Assembly: GCA_027622665.1 (NCBI GenBank)
Contig: JAQBYT010000016.1
Span: 1 to 64,000, forward strand
Source of the DNA: Verrucomicrobiota bacterium
GTDB lineage: Bacteria; Verrucomicrobiota; Verrucomicrobiia; Opitutales; Seribacteraceae
Direction: 5' to 3'
DNA length: 64,000 bases
In this document: in pieces, positions 58,611-64,000 of the stretch
Position numbering within the stretch: position 1 is the stretch's first letter
Layout of the letters: each line of letters opens with the position of its first letter
Program-made: the position numbers and the translations under genes
The notes under the pieces: model-generated
Databases searched by the model: none
Told to the model about the DNA's origin: nothing
What the model saw: the letters and a program-made list of their open reading frames with translations, nothing else

Positions 58611-59128
58611 TTCAAATCCTCCCCGCAAGGTTCCGACAACAGCTCGGGAACCGACTTTTTAAGCTTACTCATGGCATAACGATAGCGGGATGCCGCCGTG
58701 TTAAGCGAAATGCCCATCGTCTTGGCAATTTCGTCGAAGGTTTGCTCGCCCCATATCTTGAGGGTAAGCACTTCCTTCTGCTCGGCCGGCAAAAGGCGAA
58801 CTGCTTCCAATAGGGCGTCCCGCCGTTCGTTGCGTTCCATGGAGCGGTCGAACCACGCATTCTTGTCCATGCCTGCGGCCACGTTGTCCTCGCGGATGAC
58901 CCGACGATCCAGGCTACGCGCCCAGTCGATGGCTAATCGGCGAATGGCCCGATAAACCAAGCCGGGAGGAACCTCGCCCGTGTGACCGTATAGGCGCCAC
59001 ATCCGAACGAAAGCTTCCTGCAAGAGATCCTCGGCATCGGCGGAATTGCGAGCCTGTTGCCGGGCAAACATGAGGAGCTTTGCCCCGTGACGGGCAAACC
59101 AGGATTTCCATATGGGCTCGGTGTGCAT
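58607..59128 (-). CDS. ECF RNA polymerase sigma-70 factor
   Basis: DAEDLLQEAF region 2; LP.EQKEVL.LK.W...TF.EIA..MGIS.NTAASRYRYA region 4; start ATG 59128. Confidence 0.92.
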   Translation of the reverse strand: MHTEPIWKSWFARHGAKLLMFARQQARNSADAEDLLQEAFVRMWRLYGHTGEVPPGLVYRAIRRLAIDWARSLDRRVIREDNVAAGMDKNAWFDRSMERNERRDALLEAVRLLPAEQKEVLTLKIWGEQTFDEIAKTMGISLNTAASRYRYAMSKLKKSVPELLSEPCGEDLK

Positions 59129-59456
59129 GGCGTTGATCGACAAAACGATCTTCGGAAGGTTTAGCGACACGATGGTCGGCTTTTGTTTGAATGAAATATA
59201 TGAAACAGGCATCGGAGGTCAACCTGCGGATACGTGGTTTTGGGTCATCATTCAGGCTGAGGCTTTCTTAAGAAATTTAGGGGCGCCCGAACAATCCAAG
59301 CCCATCGGGACGAAGGATATGCGGGGCATTCACAATCACCTTCCTGTAAATTTTCTCGAAAACACCGAACCGACCAAGGATTCTAAAATAGAGGGGCCGC
59401 CATTAAAAGGCTTGCCCCCGACAAAGAGTAAACACAGGTTTTCCTTTACTTTTAGA

Positions 59457-59747
59457 ATGAACAATACCGAGAGCCAAACAAAAGTCGATTTCGTCGAACT
59501 CGGCTTTATGGACGCCCGATGCAAGCTGATCGAGGTAGCCGCCTTCCTCGACCGTACCCAAAGAGCCGGCCAAACGGACGATTTTCGCGTACGGGAACTG
59601 AAGAAAGCGATTACCTGCCTGGACGCTGACAATCCCGAGCGAGCCAAGCAAGTGCTCCTCAGCCTGAGCGACCCGACCGAGGAACCTATAGCCATTGCGC
59701 CAGGCAAAGGTGCCGCAGGAGCCTGGGAAGGTTCCCATTCCTCTTAA
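59457..59747 (+). CDS. Small helical hypothetical protein heading the ebo operon
   Basis: 96 aa, F..AR.KLIEVAAFLDR...D.R...L...ERA..VL..LSDP; 20 bp before eboB; upstream ORF extension to 59112 overlaps the divergent promoter and is unlikely. Confidence 0.7.
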   Translation: MNNTESQTKVDFVELGFMDARCKLIEVAAFLDRTQRAGQTDDFRVRELKKAITCLDADNPERAKQVLLSLSDPTEEPIAIAPGKGAAGAWEGSHSS

Positions 59748-59767
59748 CCTCTAATTTTGTATATCCC

Positions 59768-60568
59768 ATGCGCTACGTAGAGCCACACGCTCACATGGTC
59801 AGTCGGACGACCGACGACTATATAAAACTGGTCCAAGCAGGATGCGAAGCCGTTTGCGAACCGGCCTTTTGGGCAGGTTTCGACCGCAGTTCCGTAAAAG
59901 GGTTTTTCGATTACTTCAGCCAGTTGACGAAGTACGAACCGGCCCGAGCCGCCAAGTTCGGGTTGCCCCACTTCTGCTGGATTGGCCTGAACCCGAAAGA
60001 GTCCGAGGATATAAAGCTAGCCGAAGACGTTCTCGAGATCATGCCCGAGTTTCTCGATTCCCCCACCTGCCTCGGCGTAGGCGAAATCGGTCTCAACAAG
60101 AACAGCAAAAACGAATTGGAAATTCTTGAGCGTCACATTGAGATCGCCGCCCAACGGGACGAACTGATCTTGGTTCACACCCCTCACCTCGAAGACAAAC
60201 TGAAGGGAACCAAGCTTATCGTCGACGCCATCCTCAACCAACCTAGCATTCGGCCCGAGCGAGTGATTATCGACCATGTGGAGGAGCACACCATTTCAAT
60301 CCCCAGAGACAAAGGTTTCTGGGTGGGCATGACCTTGTATCCGGTGTCAAAATGCTCGCCACAACGAGCGGCGGACATGCTGGAAGTCTACGGCACGGAA
60401 CGAATCTGGATGAATTCGGCCTGCGACTGGGGAATAAGCAACCCCCTTGCCGTGCCCGAAGCAGCCTTTGAATTGAGACGCCGGGGACAGACCCGCGAAA
60501 TGATCGATAAGGTGATTTACCAAAATCCACGTACCTTTCTTTCGCAAAGCCCGAAATTCACGCTCTAG
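59768..60568 (+). CDS. eboB: TatD-family hydrolase EboB
   Basis: PHAHM.SRTTDDY, EPAFW.G..R, GLNPKE, GEIG, VHTPH..K..GT, IDH, NSA.DWG.S.P. Confidence 0.85.
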   Translation: MRYVEPHAHMVSRTTDDYIKLVQAGCEAVCEPAFWAGFDRSSVKGFFDYFSQLTKYEPARAAKFGLPHFCWIGLNPKESEDIKLAEDVLEIMPEFLDSPTCLGVGEIGLNKNSKNELEILERHIEIAAQRDELILVHTPHLEDKLKGTKLIVDAILNQPSIRPERVIIDHVEEHTISIPRDKGFWVGMTLYPVSKCSPQRAADMLEVYGTERIWMNSACDWGISNPLAVPEAAFELRRRGQTREMIDKVIYQNPRTFLSQSPKFTL

Positions 60569-60633
60569 AAAAAGGGTTCGCTTTCGAGTAAGCCTTCTTG
60601 CCGTACTTCTCTAGAACCTTGGATTAAACAGGC

Positions 60634-61809
60634 ATGCGCCTCGCTCACGGCATACACCTCGCTTATTGCACCAACGTTCATCGCGGGGGAAACTGGACGG
60701 AAACCTTTGCCTCCCTTGAAAACGACGTCCTGCGCGTACGCCAAGCCGTAAGCCCCGACGAACCATACGCCATCGGCCTGCGGCTCGGAGCGGATGCCGC
60801 AAAAGAGCTTTCCGATGGGGAGAACTTGTTGGAATTCCGTAAGTGGCTGGAAGCCAAAAGCTGCTACGTATTCACCATCAACGGATTTCCCTACGGTAAT
60901 TTCCATGGCACTAGGGTCAAGGAACAAGTCTACCGACCCGACTGGACCTCCCCTGAACGCCTCGCCTACACCAACTTACTCTTCGACCTGCTGGCCGAGC
61001 TTTCGGAGGAGGGCGCCGAAGGAAGCGTGAGCACCTTGCCGGGGTCCTTCAAGGAATTCATCCCCTCGGGCGAGATTCCCGCCGTCATGCTCGATCACCT
61101 CGCGAAATGCGCTCAACACATTGAGAAAGCAGCCAGGGCAAAGAATCTCGATCTTCACCTCGGTTTGGAACCGGAACCACTCGGACTCTTCGAGACAAGC
61201 AAGGAAACCGTCGCCTTTTTCGAAAAACTCCAACCATGTTTCGGCTCGGACGAAGAATGGAGGAACGTTCTCGGCGTAAACTACGACACCTGCCACCTCG
61301 GCGTGGAGTACGAGGAACCCGACGACGCCCTCGATCGCCTTGCCGACGCCGGTATCAGGATAAGCAAAATCCATCTCAGTTCCGCGCTCAAGGCCGTACC
61401 CACAACCGCTAACCTGAAACGTTTGGCGAGCTTTCAGGAAGAGGTCTACCTCCACCAAGTCGTCGAGGCGAAAGACGGCGAGGTCATCCGCCGTCACAAG
61501 GATCTCGATCTTGCTCTCGCTTTTGCCGAAACCAATCCAACCGACATCGGAGAGGAGTGGCGCATCCACTTCCACGTACCCTTGCACACTCCTCCCGGAA
61601 ATGACCTCGGCGACACCCGCGACCACGTCGAAGGCACCCTCGACTACCTCGCCAAGGACCCCTCGGCGTGTCGTCACCTGGAGATGGAAACATACACCTG
61701 GGAGGTGCTGCCGGACAACCTACGTTCAGGCGACGTGGTGGACCAAATCATTCGCGAGTACGACTGGACGCTTGCCGAGTTGGACAAGCGAGGATTGAAA
61801 ACCGGTTGA
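60634..61809 (+). CDS. eboE: EboE (xylose-isomerase-like TIM barrel)
   Basis: HLAYCTNVH, FTINGFPYGNFH..RVKE.VY.PDW, LEPEP, DTCH..VE, YLHQ, WR.HFHVP, HLE.ETYTW. Confidence 0.9.
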   Translation: MRLAHGIHLAYCTNVHRGGNWTETFASLENDVLRVRQAVSPDEPYAIGLRLGADAAKELSDGENLLEFRKWLEAKSCYVFTINGFPYGNFHGTRVKEQVYRPDWTSPERLAYTNLLFDLLAELSEEGAEGSVSTLPGSFKEFIPSGEIPAVMLDHLAKCAQHIEKAARAKNLDLHLGLEPEPLGLFETSKETVAFFEKLQPCFGSDEEWRNVLGVNYDTCHLGVEYEEPDDALDRLADAGIRISKIHLSSALKAVPTTANLKRLASFQEEVYLHQVVEAKDGEVIRRHKDLDLALAFAETNPTDIGEEWRIHFHVPLHTPPGNDLGDTRDHVEGTLDYLAKDPSACRHLEMETYTWEVLPDNLRSGDVVDQIIREYDWTLAELDKRGLKTG

Positions 61810-61813
61810 ATTC

Positions 61814-62737
61814 ATGGCCTTCCTCCGCAATTTACTGACTCTCGGACGCATCTCGAACCTGCCCACGGTCTGGACCAATTGTACGGCAGCTTGGACAGTA
61901 AACGCCTTTGCCTCCCCGATCGTGCGGGAAATGCCGAACCCCATCGAAGACTTAAGCCTGCTTGCATGGGGGCAACTCGGTTGGCTCCTAATTGGGGCTA
62001 GCCTGCTTTACGTCGCGGGCTGCACCCTAAACGACGCCTTCGATCAAGGATTCGACAAACAGTATAACCCGCAGCGACCCATTCCGAGCGGAGAGATGAA
62101 ACCGATGGCCGTTTGGCTGGCTGGTTTTGCGGAATTGATCGCAGGATCATATGTTCTGCTGGAACTTGCCGAGGTGTCCAAGATTTGGTTGGTAGCGCTG
62201 ACGGTGGCCATTTTAGCCTATGAAGCCGTCCACAAGAAATGGTCGGGAGGAGTATGGATCATGGGTTCTTGCCGTTTCTTCCTTTGGCTTGCAGCAGCTT
62301 CCGCTGCAAATGAATCTCTGGCTCCCTTGACTATTTTCTGGGCGGGGATCATGGCCTTTTACGTGGTGGGAATTAGTCTATTTGCCAGAGGTGAAGCAAC
62401 AGGTGGCTCGGGAGAAAACCGCTTGCCTATTCTCTTGTTGTTCGGTGCCCCGCTCTTTGCCTTGGCCCTACTCGTTTATTGGAATAATTTGCCGCCGACC
62501 GCTCAGTTTGCAACCAATGTCGCGGGTCTCGTTTCGGTGTGGCTTGCCTACACTGCGGTTCAACGCATGAGGACAGGCGAAAAAGGATGCATAGGTCAGG
62601 GCGTAAGTCGCTTGTTGGCTGGGATTGCAGCCTGCGACGCAACCGCCATGGGACTAGTCTCCCCTTCCCTCGCGTATGGCTGCCTTGCTTGCATACCCAT
62701 TGCCTTTTTAATGCAAAAGAAGTTTGCAGCGACCTGA
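61814..62737 (+). CDS. eboC: UbiA-family prenyltransferase (EboC-like)
   Basis: LGRISNLPTVW.N, G..LNDAFD, RPIPSG, MG.CR; ebo context. Confidence 0.8.
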   Translation: MAFLRNLLTLGRISNLPTVWTNCTAAWTVNAFASPIVREMPNPIEDLSLLAWGQLGWLLIGASLLYVAGCTLNDAFDQGFDKQYNPQRPIPSGEMKPMAVWLAGFAELIAGSYVLLELAEVSKIWLVALTVAILAYEAVHKKWSGGVWIMGSCRFFLWLAAASAANESLAPLTIFWAGIMAFYVVGISLFARGEATGGSGENRLPILLLFGAPLFALALLVYWNNLPPTAQFATNVAGLVSVWLAYTAVQRMRTGEKGCIGQGVSRLLAGIAACDATAMGLVSPSLAYGCLACIPIAFLMQKKFAAT

Positions 62738-62750
62738 GACTGCTGCCTAA

Positions 62751-63956
62751 ATGGCAAACTTCTCCCCGATGGAAAATACTCACACTATGATTCGCCGCAA
62801 CGTGCGGCTCGACCTTCAGCATTCCGTTTACTTCACGCGGGAAGCGTTCTCGACTGGCAACGAAACGCTGGCAAAGATCCTTCGACCGAATCGAGAGGGA
62901 CGTCGTTCGAAGGTCATCCTGTACGTCGATGAAGGCCTTCTCGACGGTAACCCGAATCTCCCCAAACGGATCAACCAGTATTTTCGTGCGCACGAAGAAG
63001 AAATTAACCTCGTGCACGAGCCTCTGTTCATTAAAGGTGGCGAAGCAGCCAAGAACGACTGGAGCCTCGTAGAAAAGGTCTGGAGCGACATTAACGAACA
63101 TAGCATTTGCCGGCACTCTTTCGTGGTGATCGTTGGCGGGGGCGCTGCTCTTGACCTCGTGGGATTTGCAGCAAGCACTGCTCACCGAGGCATTCGTCTC
63201 GTTCGTCTCCCCACCACCACGCTCAGTCAGGGCGATGGCGGCATCGGCGTAAAGAACGGCGTAAATTTCTTCGGCAAAAAGAACTGGGTTGGTGCCTTTG
63301 CCGTCCCCGACGCCATCGTCAATGATGCCTCTTTCCTCCGAAGTCTTCCCGAAAATCAGAAACGGGCAGGCTACGTCGAGGCAGTCAAGGTGGCTTTGAT
63401 TAGAGATCGTTCCTTCTTCGAATTCATCGAGGAGCGAGTCGATGCACTAAGCAAATTTGAGGAAATAGCGATGGAGCAAGTCGTTCGCAAAAGTGCAGCC
63501 CATCACCTCGACCACATTGCCGGCTCAGGAGATCCTTTTGAAAAAGGGTCCGCCAGGCCACTCGATTTCGGTCACTGGGTAGCCCACAAGCTGGAACAAA
63601 TCTCGGACTTTCGAATCGGACACGGTGAAGCGGTTGCAATCGGACTCGCGGTAGATCTCGTTTACTCGGCTCGCGTAGGCCTCGTTAAACCTGAAACCAC
63701 CGAACGAGTACTTCGTCTATTGGAAAGATTGGGCTTCGACCTCTACGATAAATTGCTACTGGACGAAAGCAAAGATGGGGAGCGAATCATTCTGGAAGGT
63801 CTTGAAGAATTCCGCGAGCACTTGGGTGGACAACTCACCATTACCCTCATCCAAGGAATCGGTGAGGGCATCGAGGTCAACGCCATGGATCGCGAAGAAA
63901 TCCTCGCATCGGTGGAAGACCTGCACAAACGCCACCTCGCTACACCCGTCAAATAG
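62751..63956 (+). CDS. eboD: 3-dehydroquinate-synthase-like sugar phosphate cyclase (EboD)
   Basis: GGE..KN, GGGA.LD.VGF.A..AHRG, PTT.LSQ.D.G.GVKNG, DPFE.GSARPLDFGHW.AHKLE, HGEAV, GLEEFREHLGG; start may be 62769/62787. Confidence 0.85.
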   Translation: MANFSPMENTHTMIRRNVRLDLQHSVYFTREAFSTGNETLAKILRPNREGRRSKVILYVDEGLLDGNPNLPKRINQYFRAHEEEINLVHEPLFIKGGEAAKNDWSLVEKVWSDINEHSICRHSFVVIVGGGAALDLVGFAASTAHRGIRLVRLPTTTLSQGDGGIGVKNGVNFFGKKNWVGAFAVPDAIVNDASFLRSLPENQKRAGYVEAVKVALIRDRSFFEFIEERVDALSKFEEIAMEQVVRKSAAHHLDHIAGSGDPFEKGSARPLDFGHWVAHKLEQISDFRIGHGEAVAIGLAVDLVYSARVGLVKPETTERVLRLLERLGFDLYDKLLLDESKDGERIILEGLEEFREHLGGQLTITLIQGIGEGIEVNAMDREEILASVEDLHKRHLATPVK

Positions 63957-63959
63957 TCT

Positions 63960-64000
63960 ATGACGACGTCCGGGCAGGACGGCATGGGCCGGGCGGTCAT
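63960..64000 (+). CDS. Possible start of next ebo gene (EboF-like phosphodiesterase), truncated by window end
   Basis: ATG 3 nt after eboD stop: MTTSGQDGMGRAV...; assignment rests mainly on usual ebo gene content. Confidence 0.3.
   Translation, partial: MTTSGQDGMGRAV

Noticed and set aside
59112..59456. N-terminal 115 aa of the 211-aa ORF (also track extensions of thrC, SCO, DeoR, PfkB, PDZ, folA, ECF)
   Set aside because: Extensions overlap neighbouring genes or promoters and lack family motifs; downstream starts fit better
62751..63956. Housekeeping aroB
   Set aside because: SARPLDFGHW and GLEEFREHLGG motifs and ebo context indicate the EboD paralog rather than shikimate-pathway AroB

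Overview
Bacterial chromosomal window; gene content and order suggest a free-living, probably marine Verrucomicrobiota (Opitutales-like) genome (inference, no marker-gene search possible). Left end: secreted CBM5/12-like protein start, a decayed sulfatase, a DUF3472-like protein and an intact sulfatase. Then housekeeping genes (cimA, GT9, thrC-ask-hom-plsY, serA, ffh, a REP-like palindrome array, trpF-cobA/hemD-hemC, ilvC-ilvN-tRNA-Val, thyA-[TylF-like MTase]-folA, tag), a caa3-type cytochrome c oxidase locus (ctaB,C,D,E,F,G plus divergent SCO/His-rich/DUF420 genes), carA, an HDAC-family deacetylase and a CII-like regulator. A ~15 kb uncharacterised sugar/polyol catabolic island follows (FucU, SrlD-like SDR, SorE-like MDR, aldolase remnant, fused E1alpha-beta/E3/E2 dehydrogenase complex, DeoR with a 4x10-bp operator, MtlD-like, PHP, PfkB, cupin isomerase), then PPK2, a porin, an ECF sigma/anti-sigma/PDZ-EF-hand trio and an ebo operon running off the right end. 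Best candidates for something new: (1) oxidase subunits II and IV that each carry a CBM5/12 (ChtBD3)-like module; (2) the DeoR-controlled sugar island that couples ketose/polyol-phosphate enzymes to a dedicated lipoyl-dependent dehydrogenase complex. All family calls are motif recognition by eye; no searches were run.
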